Assembly: GCA_003427395.1 (NCBI GenBank)
Contig: BFEA01000011.1
Coordinates: 5,528,336 to 5,592,335, forward strand
DNA: 64,000 nucleotides
DNA from: Chara braunii
Taxonomy: Eukaryota > Plantae > Charophyceae
Reading direction: 5' to 3'
Position numbers and translations under genes: made by a program. The notes beneath the pieces were generated by a model. It was not told the origin of the DNA. It saw only the letters and a program-made list of their open reading frames with translations, and searched no databases. Below are positions 37,097 to 49,994 of this stretch, piece after piece; positions within the stretch are counted from its first letter, which is position 1; each line of letters opens with the position of its first letter.

Positions 37097-38032
37097 GTAA
37101 GTACCACGACTACCACGTGTATATTACCTCTCGCCGCCTCCATTACCCAGAGCAATATGCCATTGCGAATTGAGTCCTGTACCTCGTATGGTCGAGCTGT
37201 CCTTGCCATCCCAAAGATGAAAGGGCGCTCACCTCCCTCTCTTCGTTTCACCTCCCTCTCTTCGTTTGACTGTGCCCTGCTTCCCGGTATCCTCTATGGC
37301 ATGTGTCGGGGAAAGCGATCGAAACGCTTCGACAAAATCACTTTTTAGGGCGCACTCATATTCCAACGCACTTATGGTAAGATACATTTGTAAGATATTC
37401 CTCTTAGCCATATTGTGAGCAGATCTATGAACAGAATGTTGATCCTTTGGTGATGGTGATGTGGCTGTGTAGGTGGTGATGGTGATGTGGCTGTGTAGGT
37501 GTGCTTGCCATCTTGCCTTCGAACTGAAGCCGTCCTGGTGGAAAGTCTTTCACCATCTCTGAGTTTTCCGAGTTGCTATCTCTTAGGTTCTCCGAGTTAT
37601 TCACACTTCCATCGTTTTTAAAACCCTTGGCTCAGGTCGGCCTGTGGAGTGTGGTATCCGTTTCCTGTGCAATTGATAGCTGGTTTTCGTGTGTTTTAGC
37701 TGGTTTTCGTGTGCTTCGAGGCAATTTGTATTTTTATCACGTTGGAATTCGAGCATTGTCGTGTGCTCGTGGTGACGAGGCGATGCCCATTTCGGTTTGG
37801 GACTTGAGGGGCAGCGTCGCATGGAGTATTTGCCCACTGCTCCAGGCGTTGAATTGTTGATATTCGATTCCCTCTTGTTGTGTCGGTGTCTCCAACGACT
37901 TCCTGCTTTTTTTTTGAGCGTTTTCATGTCAGTGGCAGTGTCAAATAATGGAATACACGAGGTGCTGTTCACCGCCTGACTTGTGTTTTCCGGGGAACGA
38001 GTATCGTTTGGTGGATTGTCGGGTTGTTGCAG

Positions 38033-38254
38033 GTGAGGATTCGGACACTGACACCGAGGAGTCTGACGTAAGTGGCTCGGATGAGGAGGACACGTCATGG
38101 ATTTCATGGTTTTGCGGACTGAAGGGGAACGAGTTCTTCTGCGAGGTAGATGATGAGTACATTCAGGACGATTTCAACCTCAGTGGACTCAGCAGCCAGG
38201 TTCCCTATTACGATTATGCGCTCGATCTCATTCTGGATGTCGAGTCCCCGAACG
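38033..38254 (+). CDS. CKB: CK2 beta exon 2
   Basis: Acceptor TTGCAG|, peptide [73 protein letters not shown], donor G|GTAAAG. Confidence 0.97.
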
Positions 38255-40450
38255 GTAAAGTCAACGACCTCTCCCTTCCCCTCTTGCGACGGCTCTCGAT
38301 CAACGCTTGTACGTCTAGATGCACGTGTTGTCTGCCACGGAATCTTGATGTGGGCTCATCTTTCTCTTTTTTCCTCTTTGCAACGATTCTCGATCAGAGG
38401 TTTTACGTCTAGAGTCGTGTGCTGTCTGCTGCCTTATCGTGATGTTGGCTCATCGCCTTTTTTTGGTCTGCTTTTGATGCTGTTTTTCTCTCCAGATTTC
38501 CCACAGATAAAGAACGCCGGATGTTGATTGGTTTTGGTGGTCGTTTATCTATATTCGGCTTTGGCTCCAGTTGAATCTGGCCTTCCCTGCTCCTCTCTCC
38601 TCCCCCCAATCGATCCTTCTCGCTTTTCGTCGGCTGCCTTTGCACTACCCATGTCTGCTTCCTACTTAAATCTGGCTGCCTGTGAAAAACTTCGTGACTG
38701 AATCGATTTTCCCCCAGCCAATAGAATGTGGTTACTCGGATGCTGCGCTCGGGTTCCGTATGTAGTGAGGGGTAAATCATTGTGAGAGGCTACAAATGGG
38801 GACTCCGTCTTTTCCTTGTCTTTTTTCCCATTCTTGCGCGCCATTTTACCTGAGGCGGGGTTTGTAGGTATGCTATGATGAGAGCTTGCAATTGCATCGG
38901 TAGGACAGCGGGTGGGTTAGGCGATATACTGCCTGTACGTGCGGTATTCTTTCGCGCCATTTTACCTGAGGCGGGGTTTGTAGGTATGCTATGATGAGAC
39001 TTGAGATTGCATCGGTAGGACAGCGGGTGGGTTAGGCGATATACTGCCTGCACGTGCGGTATGGGAAACGCTATTTTCATTAAGTTACGCGCTCAGAGAC
39101 CTGTGTCGACGTTTGTGCGGAGTTGGTCTATTATTCACGCTGGCTTGTGTCGCTTTTGACGGGCGATTCCAGCCCTGCTGCCCTGCTGCTGTGCTTGTGC
39201 CGGAGCGCCTGGCTGTACGTGTTTCTACTGTATCCTTCACTGCTTCGCGGAATTCATTGTACAATGTCGTCTACTCTCCAGAGAAAGATTGTAAACCTTT
39301 TTTCCAAACACGATTTCATAGTATTAACACCAGGAAAAGCGAGGCTACACGATTTCATAGGACTAAGACCAGGAAAATGAAGGTCGCACGATTTCTTAGT
39401 ACTAACACTGGGAGAAGGGAGGTTCTACAGCGGTGGACGGACTGCTGTTTTTTTTTTCATAACCTCCTTTTCATCGTAATGGCACCGCGCTATAGCTTTT
39501 CGCTCTGCTGTTAGTTTTCTTCCAATGTTCTTTCCCACGGCAATGGTGCCGCGCGATGGCTATTTGCTTTGTTGTGTGCCGTAGAGTAAAAAATTCACTC
39601 CCTGTCGACTTCTCTCGATGGCTGGTGACGGAAGCGTCAGATTTGTGGAAAATGGAACATGTCTTTTCTTCGCCTGTGGGCTTTGGGTTCCTTGAGAGAA
39701 CTTGACTGCACCTTGCTCTTGTGTATGTACGGCTTTTCCCGGTGAAATAGATCTCTGGGTTCGGCACGTGTGATCTTCTTCAGCACGCCTCTTCTGCCCG
39801 TCTCCGCCAACTTTCGTAATGGCTTTTGTGATTATATTCTCCTCTCGTGATGCCTGCGCGAGCATTGTCCGCGTCTGTGTGCACGGCCTCGGTCCTTTTC
39901 CCTCTCCGCCTTCGCTGAATCCCTTGGCACATCTTTTCCAACAACTCTGGCCAATAGAATAGAATAAAACATCTGAAACAAAGCACAGATGATGTACCAG
40001 TACTATTCGTTCCTTCTTGGAGGCAACTGTCCAGCACCGTCATCAAGCACGTATCAAAGCCATCATACCCAGTAATCGTTGGGCAATCGAAACTTGTTGG
40101 GAAATTTGTTCGAGGAACAAACAAATAATCTCTCCAGCACAGTCATCAAGCACATGTCAAAGCCATCATACCCAGTATCGTCGGACAATGCGAAGCTTGT
40201 TATCAAGAGATGAAATGAAAGAAAGTAATCTGTTCCAGCTGAACCGTCAAGAATGATCAGCATGGTTAGAGCGGTTGATCATTTTGTTTGTGTGCTTGCA
40301 TGTCTGTGTGTGTGTGTTAGAGAGAGAGAGAGAGAGAGGTCTGGGCACAGTGCTAATGACAATCTCGTTGCTTTTACTTTTCTTTTCTGAAATGGAATGT
40401 TCGTGTCTGCAGAATCTCGTTGCCATTTTTTTTCTGATATGTGTGTGTGT

Positions 40451-40501
<51 letters not shown>

Positions 40502-40574
40502 CTGGACGTGGGAACACAGCGCTAATGGAAATCTCGTTTTTTTGGTTCATGAAATGGAATGTTAATGTCTGCAG

Positions 40575-40684
40575 ATGATATGCTGACGGACGAACAGCAT
40601 GAGATGGTGGAGTCTGCTGCTGAGATGCTGTATGGTCTAATCCATGTCAGATATATCCTGACCAGCCGGGGTATGAGTGCCATG
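40575..40684 (+). CDS. CKB: CK2 beta exon 3
   Basis: Acceptor CTGCAG|, peptide [36 protein letters not shown], donor |GTACGT. Confidence 0.97.
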
Positions 40685-41448
40685 GTACGTGCACTACTTT
40701 TGAAACTCTTCCACTGCTCAGTTGTCCTTATTCAGAGTTTTCCAGCTAATGTCATTTTGGCTTGCGCAGGCACTGCGTTATATTGTCTCGGATCCCGTAC
40801 CTCTGGAAATGAGCCTTGGCGCTAGACTGAAACCACACGGTTGAGCAGCATCGGCTGCGAACCGTCCCCGCACTGAGTTTTTTGTTGGCATCTGCTTTGG
40901 TAATCGGGCTTTGCAAAAAGCACGATTGGATTTGACGGCCAGTGCAATCTTATGCCCCGTCTTCCGCTCTGGTAGTTGTCTTTCCCTTCCCTCCGTGAAT
41001 TACTCCCTCACTTCCCACATCCAAACTTGGTCGTGGTATGGTTCGAGCGCTGGGGGAAAAGAGAACACAGCCTCTCCCGTAGGACTGTCTGCAGACCATT
41101 GCAATGAAGAGCTCTCGACTGTCTCGTGAAAAACCGAAGATTTATGATTATAATTTGTTAAGTGTTCGTATTTTGTTTGTTTCATCATTTGTTTCATTTC
41201 TTAGTGCCTGCCAACTTTCTCTATCCCAGCTGCAATTTTTGGTTTTGGGGTTAGTTTTTCTTCGAGCTAATGGAGGTTCTCTTTGAGTATGCAAAGGTGT
41301 GTGCTTCTGAGTTCTTTCTGTGCACAAGTTTATATCAACCCGCGGTCTGTGTGGTTAGTGTCAGCCCGAAAGTGAAAAGAAAGACGTGCGTATCGTGTTC
41401 TTGTTTCTGTTGCACCAGTTTTGATAGACGTTTTGTTGTTTCTCGCAG

Positions 41449-41614
41449 TTGGACAAGTTCAAGAATGTCGACTTCGGGAGGTGTCCACGAGTTTTCTGCT
41501 CTGGACAGCCTTGCCTGCCGATGGGCCAGTCTGACATCCCGCGGCAGAGCACGGTGAAGATCTACTGTCCAAAGTGTGAAGATATTTTCTACCCAAGGTC
41601 GAAGTACCAAGGCA
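41449..41614 (+). CDS. CKB: CK2 beta exon 4 (zinc ribbon)
   Basis: Acceptor TCGCAG|, peptide [55 protein letters not shown] with the four Zn-binding cysteines. Confidence 0.97.
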
Positions 41615-43060
41615 GTATCCTCATCATATTCGCTACGCGGGTTGTGATGCGTGGTTATTGATTATGCGGGTTAGTCTTCTTTCTTTTCTGGGTGCACAGT
41701 GCTCACTCTTTTCTGTTGCTGAGTGTGTGGAGGATGTCTTAAAATGTGTGTTGTCTGTTCTAATGCACACTCCCCTGGGTTGCATGAACATGGGGCCCAA
41801 TTTGATCCCATTTGATCAATGCGCAGATGAACATGGGGCCCAATTTGATCAATGCGCAAATGCTCTGGGTCTCTCCCTAACTGTGGGCATTGAAAATTCT
41901 ATGCCTTGCCATGGGTTGTCATATTTCATTTGGCGTTTCCTTTCCAGTATCATGTGCTGGCTGATAGACTGTACAATGGTAGCTCCGAAGTTGGGTTTAC
42001 AGTTTTGGGATTCGTCTTTTGCATGTAAGGTGCACAAGCTCATGGGGAAGACACTTCTTCTCGTTCTCCTCCTATCCTTTTCCTCCCTGTCTTTCTTTGC
42101 CTCCGCTTCCTCGTTTGTCTTGATACGTAGGGTGTGTACTGATTTGGGGTCCTCTACGGCTCGTCCATCTTTTTGTGAGACTGATCTTGCTCCCCCCGTT
42201 ATTAAACCATTCTAGCCTGAATCGGACTCCCCCCCTTATTACACCATTCTAGCCTGAATCGGACTAAGTACTTCATGATCTGTAAAAGATTTAAAGACGT
42301 GAGTTGCGTTGTCTAGAACACGGTCTGGTCCGACATTGAGTATTTGATTGGAAGCTAGATCGTGTTGATTGTTCGAGACATCACTCAGTGCCGGAACAGA
42401 ACGGTTTTAGGCCATTGCTTTGCCCAGTGACTTCGAACTAAAAACCTGCAGAAGAGGTATTATCGTCAGATTGACCGGCCTCAGGTTTTTTGGAGTTATT
42501 TTACTCAATCTGACACCTTTCAGGATTCGAGCTCGTGTCTGTCTGTGACAGCTCGTAGGTCCGCCATTCAGGCTTGGTAGTTAATCAGTAACTACTGAGT
42601 AATTACCGAACCCTGAACGGTGGACCAATGACCTGCTCATAGACAGACGTGATGGTATCAGATGAGTGAAAAAACTCCGGAAGACCTGGGGCTGGCCAGT
42701 CTGATGCAGATAACTCAAGGTTGATGCCCTTTCTGAGGATTGAAAAAATTGCTAGCTCGCAGGTAATTACCGCTCCCCATTGGTATTATTGTGGTGTTGG
42801 GACGAAGGTATCATCGGTGGCATTCAGTTGGGGATTTTGGACAGCATGGCAATTTTGCGCATGCTCAGATAAAATATCGTTAGCCTCTGGGTTGTGCTGC
42901 ACTTTTCTTTTGGTCTCTGGGTGGTGTGCTTGTTTCTGTGCGTGCTTTTTGTTTTCATTTGCTGCAGGCCGTGTGTGTATTGTTGGGGGGACCCACAACA
43001 ACCGTCCAGAGAAATGTTGTGATGGCCTCGAAAAAATGCTGCCCCATGTGTGCATGAAGA

Positions 43061-43102
<42 letters not shown>

Positions 43103-43240
43103 CTGTTTGGACCTGTTCTTGCATACTGTGCGTGATTTCAAATTGGATGATGGGGTGGTGATGGTGATGGTCTGCGGGTCTGTATCCACAGAATTACTTT
43201 ATGGTTCTGTGCTTTCCTTGACTTGAGAAATCCAATGCAG
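41615..43240 (+). other. U12-type (minor spliceosome) GT-AG intron
   Basis: 5' splice site GTATCCTC (consensus RTATCCTT), branch point TTCCTTGAC at 43214-43222 ending 18 nt before the end of the intron, and no polypyrimidine tract between branch point and acceptor. Confidence 0.88.
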
Positions 43241-43377
43241 ATATCGATGGGGCGTACTTTGGAACAACGTTTCCACACTTGTTTATGATGACCTATCCGT
43301 ACATCAAGCCTCCCAAACCTGCCCAGAGTTACGTTCCACGGATATTTGGTTTCAAACTGCACAAGAGTGCAAAGTAG
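43241..43377 (+). CDS. CKB: CK2 beta exon 5 (not in the supplied ORF track)
   Basis: (A)AT ATC GAT... = [45 protein letters not shown]. The total CDS is 936 nt = 311 aa plus stop. Confidence 0.97.
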
Positions 43378-46300
43378 GCAGAGTTTAGGTGTCATTGTGT
43401 GGGATAAGTTCTGTGATGTATCAGTGGAGTGCTCTACTGAGTGAGAAACGGGGAGGAGGAAGAACAGGCACAGAAGCAGTGGGGAGCATGGAGATAAGGG
43501 AAGAGAAGAGGTCGTGTGCATGGGGAGTTGGAGAGAGAGAGGGGGGGGAGAGAGAGAGAGAGAGGGTTTCTTTGCCTATGAGGATTGCACTGCTATGTGA
43601 AGTCCCTACCCAATCTGCTGTGAATATCACACCAGCGTTACATGAGATTTTAGGTTGTTGTGTAAGGTTGTTGAGATGGTGAGAGTGATTATTGCTTACC
43701 TTTTGGCAGAAGTCGCGATGCGGATGGAGTTTAGTCTCTCAGGGCTCGGAGGTATAATTGTAATTCACCGGAGGGGGCTGGGTGTTCTTGGGTTCAGGGA
43801 GGGGGGACTTCGCATACCGAGGTGAGCATTACCCTCGGATGAAAGTCCTTGGAAGCTTGTCCTTTGGGGGAAAGAAAGTCCTGGCCTTGCATTATTCCGT
43901 CCAGGTGGAGATCCGTACTTTCCTCTATCTGCCCTCTATGCTGTGCAGGTCGAGTTTTGTTTGGAGTTATTTGACTGATTTCCAGTGACCGGCAAGCCCT
44001 CCTTAGTCGTGCACTATGGATGGACAGTTCGAATGGCAGCTGAGTGCTTTAATACCTCCTTCCATTTACACATAGGCCTAGCGATGGCTGTGTGATATGA
44101 CAGGGGTTTTGGCCTTTTTGCCAAATTCGGGTACAGTATACTGACCTGTTCCTCTGTTGGATGTCTCCCCTGCTTGCCTGGAGCGTGAGCATGGGCGGAA
44201 GTTTGGTAGTTTTGTGTGCCGAGCCAGGTCTTTATTGGTTTTCTAGTTTTCTTTTTGCAACGTGGTCTCAATTCTTGCCGATCTTCCTTTCTCCTGTACT
44301 ATCTTTCCCCATCCTTTCCCCCTCTTCTTTGTCCCTCTCCACGCCGCCCCCCTCCTCCTCCCCTCTTCCCCCCCCTTCTCCCCCTCCCCCCCCTCTTGCC
44401 TCCCTGCCCCACCTTGAGGTGATCATGAACGAGCAGTTGATCTGTGGGCTTTTGTCCAAGAGATGGTGTCGTTTGGTTGCGGTAAAGTTTATGAGGTGTG
44501 AAGTGGTGGATCAGATTGGTGAATGTGAGGATGTTTGGTAGCGATTTGTGATTTGGTTCAGGAGCTCTATTCATTTGTAAAGTCTTGGTAAGTGATTTCC
44601 GCATAGTACATGTATGCAAAGAGAGTAAAAGAGATCTGGACTTTGATGAAAGGAGCTGAAAGTAATGCTGTAATTCGGTAACTGTCGACTTGATGGGTGC
44701 GACGCTGGTGCACAAGAGCGGATGGCATGTGAGCATTCACAAGCATTACAGGCAGCCCATTTATCCCGTTGTACTCCGGGAATATTCTACATAGAAATAG
44801 CGAATTCTGTTTTGCCCACAGTCTTCTTTTGCTTCTGCTCTGTGTATTTCCTGCTTTTATGTGTCAAGTTTGTGTCACAGATCTCTGTGTTCCATGTGCT
44901 AGCAGTAAAGAGGTACTTGCCAGCTGTTGCAATACAGGCCAAGCCTGCATTCCTGACATATGGTGTGTCCCGTCTTCCGGAAGAGTGTATTCTGGGTCGT
45001 TGGGGGAGGTTTGTCGTGTACCCCTCGCAATTGGTGAGCAATGGCATTCGTGTGGATATGCTGTCGTTAGGGTTTGAATGACACTTCTCACACGGGTCTT
45101 TTCAAGGTTGGAAATACCTGCTGGTCGGTTTGGATTAAGCTGGGTTCTGAAGTGCCTACTGCGGGGCCTAGCTGCTGAAGCTTGGAGTAGGGTAGAGGCT
45201 TGAAGGCAGTCGTTGTTGCGGGGGCTTGTTGTGTTTTGGGTTTCTTTTATTCTCTATAATCCGGGGAGGTCGGGGTTGGGTGCCATGGTTGGCTGGATTT
45301 TCTTATTTTCCATTGGATCATAAAGGTATGTGTGCTGCAACGTCATGCACACAAATCTATTGGAGTGCATTAATTGTGACTTTTGGCTATGCTGGTTCAG
45401 CACTGGATCTTTACTGGTCTAATATGTCCATTTGACGGTCTCCCTATGTTCCATTATTATGTTCCCGGCAGCTGCTAAACGGTTAAGAGTTAAGTGTCCT
45501 GTTTTGAATGGGGAACCTTGGTGGATTGGTTTAGTATATTCAGTAGAATTGGACTTACAGGGCAAGGCAGGGACGCATCCTTGGTTGTCAGTCGTGGAAG
45601 GTAACCTAGGTGCTTTACATGGTTGGTGCCACAGCTCTGCGGTGCGTAAGAGTTGGATGGATGGGAGATGCATGGTTCTTTCTTCATGAGCGGAAGGAGA
45701 ATGCCGGTTTCCATTAGAGTCCGTAATGGTTGGAGAAAGACACCCAGTAGTAGGGGGAGGGTGATGTATGGTGGACGGACGGGAGATGCATGGTTCTTTC
45801 GTCATGAGCGGAAGGAGAATGCCGGTNTCCATTAGAGTCCGTAATGGTTGGAGAAAGACACCCAGTAGTAGGGGGAGGGTGATGTATGGTGGGCAAGGGC
45901 GAATGGGTAGCGGAAATATGTAATGGATTCCCCTTTTCAGCTTTTTTGACCATCTGGTAGATTGATCCTGGAGGTCTGGGTGGTTGGTTGTGTACTTCAT
46001 GCTGTTCTTGTAATACACTCGCTCGTTTTACTGTTGCTGTTTTTCTAGAAAACCTGATTTTGCTGTATGAGTCTGCTGACGTGAGTGAGATTGCCTTTAG
46101 CAATTACATGAAGCGAAGCATTGAGAAGCGATTTTTTGCTGTATGAATCTGCCAAACCTTAATACTTGACTTTTGGCTATTCCATTTGACTTTTGAACTA
46201 TTGAATAATGGAATGACTGGTACGATGTGGCTTCTAGTGTGCGCGAGGTTTTAAGTCCGAGGGCGTCCTTTATACATCAGCGTGGTTAGGTGAGATAATG

Positions 46301-49167
46301 GTCTGTTGAAGGGTGTGTTATGTGGAAGTGGCCATCGCTTCTTGGAACAGGCCGTCTCCTTATGGCTCTGCTCCTGTGCGAGGTCTTGTGGTTGGTGCAG
46401 GATTCAGATTCAGGTAGACCAATTTTTTTCTTCTTCTTCTTCTATGGTCGTACCCTACTGATATCTCTGAAGAAATGTCCGTACAAGAATACTCCCCTTT
46501 TATTCTACTTTGTAGAGATATTCTGTCTAGAGTGTGTTTGTGTTTGTGTTTGCTAGTGGAATTGTTTTGCATAAGGTTGCTTACCCTTTGTTTTCTTTTA
46601 GCTGTGATGAAGATGTAGACGGTCGGGGCTCTACCAACTGACCGTGTGGATGGAGGGTGGGCACACTTTCCATGATAGGGTTTACTCCAAGGACGAGCAG
46701 TCCGTTGTTCCATGTGGCACAAAGCCGCACAAGTGATTGATGCACTTTATATTGCAGGATGGACGAATGAGGGGAGAGGCTTGTCCTTTATCTGTGCAGG
46801 GTGTTGTAATATGCTAATCTGATTTGTAAGGATGTGTTTTATGCGTGATCCTTGACATATTTGGAATTCATGTGCGATCACCAGTTCTGTCCGGCGTGTG
46901 ATGTGGACACTGGGAACCTCCCTCCCTCCTTGTTTGTGTGTGTTTCGTATTGCAGAGCCTGGGGCTCTCAAAAAAGTCGCGAATGGTGCTCTGCTGGTGT
47001 GAGAGGCGGGAGATCTTGCTGTTTGTGGAAGATTGAGGCCTATTGGAGGCAGCAGCCATAGACGCATCCATGGTTCGATGGAGAGTCTTCTTCCGGAAGG
47101 GTGAGTGGAATTGCGAGGACGCTTGCTGACGATTATGTTGATTGTTGGGGGAAGATATAATTTCGAAGATAATTTTAGGAAGATAGTTTTGGGAAGATAA
47201 TCTTGAAAATAATTTTGGGAAGATTATCTTGAAGATAATGTTGAAGTCGATTTTGATGCTCTTCAGTGATCACTGATGTATGTAGGAGATGTGTTAGCTG
47301 AGAAATCCTGACTGTCGCATTTGTAAACCTGGACGCAACTGCTATGTGAGAGATGTCATCGGAAAGGACACTGCCAGGTGGGAATGCTTTTGCAACCGTG
47401 GAATCTGAAGCTCCCTCGCAATTGCAGCCAATCAACGCAGTGCTAGTGCCCTCCGTAGGGGCAGGTTAAGTAGGTTTGTTGAAGAGGGAAGTTTTATGGT
47501 TGTGCTGTGCCCCAGCGTGTTTTTGCAGGTAAGGATTATTCTTGCACGCCATGCTATGGGGAAGTTTTGCAGCGTAGGATTATTCTTGGAGATGATGAAC
47601 AGCTTCAGCCTGGAAGTTTTTCCTATGCTGTGAGATATACGAGTTTGGTTGCGTTCACACCGACGGTATGATCTGGGATTAGGTCAGTGATTGCGGGAGT
47701 AGTAAACTGCTGTCTGTGGCAATTGCATGAAGTGTTCTTACCGTCTTATGGTGGACATGGGCCACTCACGCTATGCTGTGCTCGTGCCGGAGCGCTGCGA
47801 CTTCTGTGTGAATGTTTGGTGAGGCAGGAATTACGATGTAAACATGGAGGAGGTGAATGCTCGTGCCATTTTGTGGCCTGCGCTAATGGCCACTCCCTGC
47901 TGTATGTAATGGATTTGAATTTGCTAGGTTGAGGCCCTGTTTGGTACGCTTTGATGAAATTTCGTGGACGGTGTCCTGTCTTAGGAGGCAAATGCTTTAC
48001 ACAGCGGCTTGTTGGATGGATAGCTTAGTATGCGTCACACACATGTTAGCACAGCCCGACTGCGGTAAATCAAACCGACCGTGAGTCAAACCACGACCAC
48101 CACCTGATTGATGATCAGCCACTGTACGGTGACATTTTGAATTTATGCTGGCTGATGGTGTGTGGATCACCTTGAAATTTTGCGGCACCCATGCCCGCTC
48201 TGAACACTGATTGTGGAGTTAGTGGAGCTCCATGAAATTTGTTAGGATGTGGTTTGCATGTTCGCCTCACCTCTGGCGTTTGTTCCATGGGTGGGAACTC
48301 CAGATACGAGTCTACTGTGGACTGCTTTTCCATGCTAGAAGGTGCTTTTTTTTGTTATTATTAGGATTATTAGGATACAGCGGTTATGACTGGGTGTTAT
48401 ATTCGGGTGGAGGCTGGTACGGTTGGTGGCTATAGTGCAGAGTCCGTTTGTTGGTTATTGTATACCCGTCTTCACCTGAATAGAATGCCCAGTCATTATT
48501 AGGATACAGCGGTTATGACTGGGTGTTATATTCGGGTGGAGGAGGGTTCTGGTTGTATTTGCCTCGTGGGGACGAGACACAGTGAGGCATGAATCGCAGT
48601 CTGACGTTGTCTGTCTGGGGTTGTTGAATTGTCATAATTGAAGAGGAAGCAGCAGGACTCGTGCGCACCGTGAGCATTTATGTGGTATCTGGCTCCTCCT
48701 GTACCGTGGAAGCCCTGTGAGTGTTTGCCCCTGCAACAGAAGTATGTGGAAGCGCGGATAGGCTTAGGACGTAGGTGTGCAGCACCTTTGCTGTGAGTAT
48801 TTGTCCCTGAGAGAAAAGCGGGTTGGTGTACAACCTCGTTGGTGCGACGTGCAGCCCTCCCTTCTTTTTGTTTGTTGGATTTTCCTTTGGTCTTTTGGAT
48901 CCTGGGTATACGTTCACCAGTGCTTGCTCCTTGGGTGGTTTGGCGACTGGGTCAACCAGCCAGTGGTGTGCAATTAAAAAGCTAGGCTGGTATCGTTGGC
49001 CGCTGAATGAATACCTTGGGCGACCATGAGGGTCAGTTTATTACTGGATCTTGCTGAGGGCAGCCCAAAGGCATTCAAAGTGTCCAACCAAAAGGTGGTT
49101 GGAACCAGCATGGGTCGGAGTTAATCTTAAATATGACACAATAGAATAAATAATATATATATATATA

Positions 49168-49286
49168 TTCAGCCTCCTGATGAGTCGGTGAAACTCCGAC
49201 GAAACAGTTTGTCACAGCCCCTCGTTTGTTGTCCTCTTCTCTCTCTCTGCCTACGGTTTTACCGGGCAGTTCTGTTTGTGACGATA
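49168..49286 (+). ncRNA. ~120-bp repeat with a hammerhead-ribozyme-like catalytic core
   Basis: CTGATGA (49177-49183), helix II GTCGG/CCGAC, GAAA (49201-49204), minimal helix III CA-gtt-TG, then GTC (49211-49213). No helix I pairing is visible. Flanked by (TA)n on both sides. Confidence 0.55.
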
Positions 49287-49575
49287 TATACAATCGAATA
49301 GAATCTAAAATATATATTTCTATCCCTAGAATAATGATATTGCATTGCATATTTACTTTTGAATAAAGTGAAATATAGAGAATTGATATAGATAAATATA
49401 TAAATATAACTAGAATATGAATTCAATTTAAGAAAATAATCAAATCCGCAGGTTGCGGACAAAAAGGATCACTGCGAAGATCCGGCGGCGATCGGAGAGC
49501 AGCCTTCAAGACGCGCCTTCGGCGCTCGTCGGCTCGCCAGAGTCATTTTAGAAGGATTCACTATGTTCGCTATGC

Positions 49576-49659
49576 GGAGCTGTTTTAATGGGAGAAGGGC
49601 TGACTATACAAGAAGGCAGTTCGGTAAAAGCTACTGGAAAAATTGCACAAATCCCTGTA
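49576..49659 (+). pseudogene. atpA: Plastid atpA fragment (NUPT)
   Basis: [28 protein letters not shown] is a CF1 alpha N-terminal domain segment. Confidence 0.93.
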
Positions 49660-49812
49660 GAAACATATCCTGTCTTTGCACAACAAGCATATAAAAATCC
49701 TCGTGAGGCTACTGGAAGAATTGTTTGTGCTGATTGCCATTTAGCAAAAAAACCTGTTGATATTGAAGTACCACAAGCTGTACTTCCTAATACTGTTTTT
49801 GAGGCAGTTGTA
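49660..49812 (+). pseudogene. petA: Plastid petA (cytochrome f) fragment (NUPT)
   Basis: [49 protein letters not shown] is the mature cytochrome f N-terminus with CxxCH. Confidence 0.95.
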
Positions 49813-49924
49813 ACAAAGTCTGCTCAACTTCGATATCCCCAAAGGTCGAACCAAAAGCTTGTTCGAACCAACATGTGCTTGCAACTGGAGAGCTCATTAT
49901 GTGTTTGCCTCTGTTTTGTCCTTC

Positions 49925-49994
<70 letters not shown>

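Noticed and set aside
44161-44541. Proline-rich (extensin-like) ORF
   Set aside because: Produced by a C/T low-complexity tract downstream of the CK2 beta stop, with no supporting gene structure.
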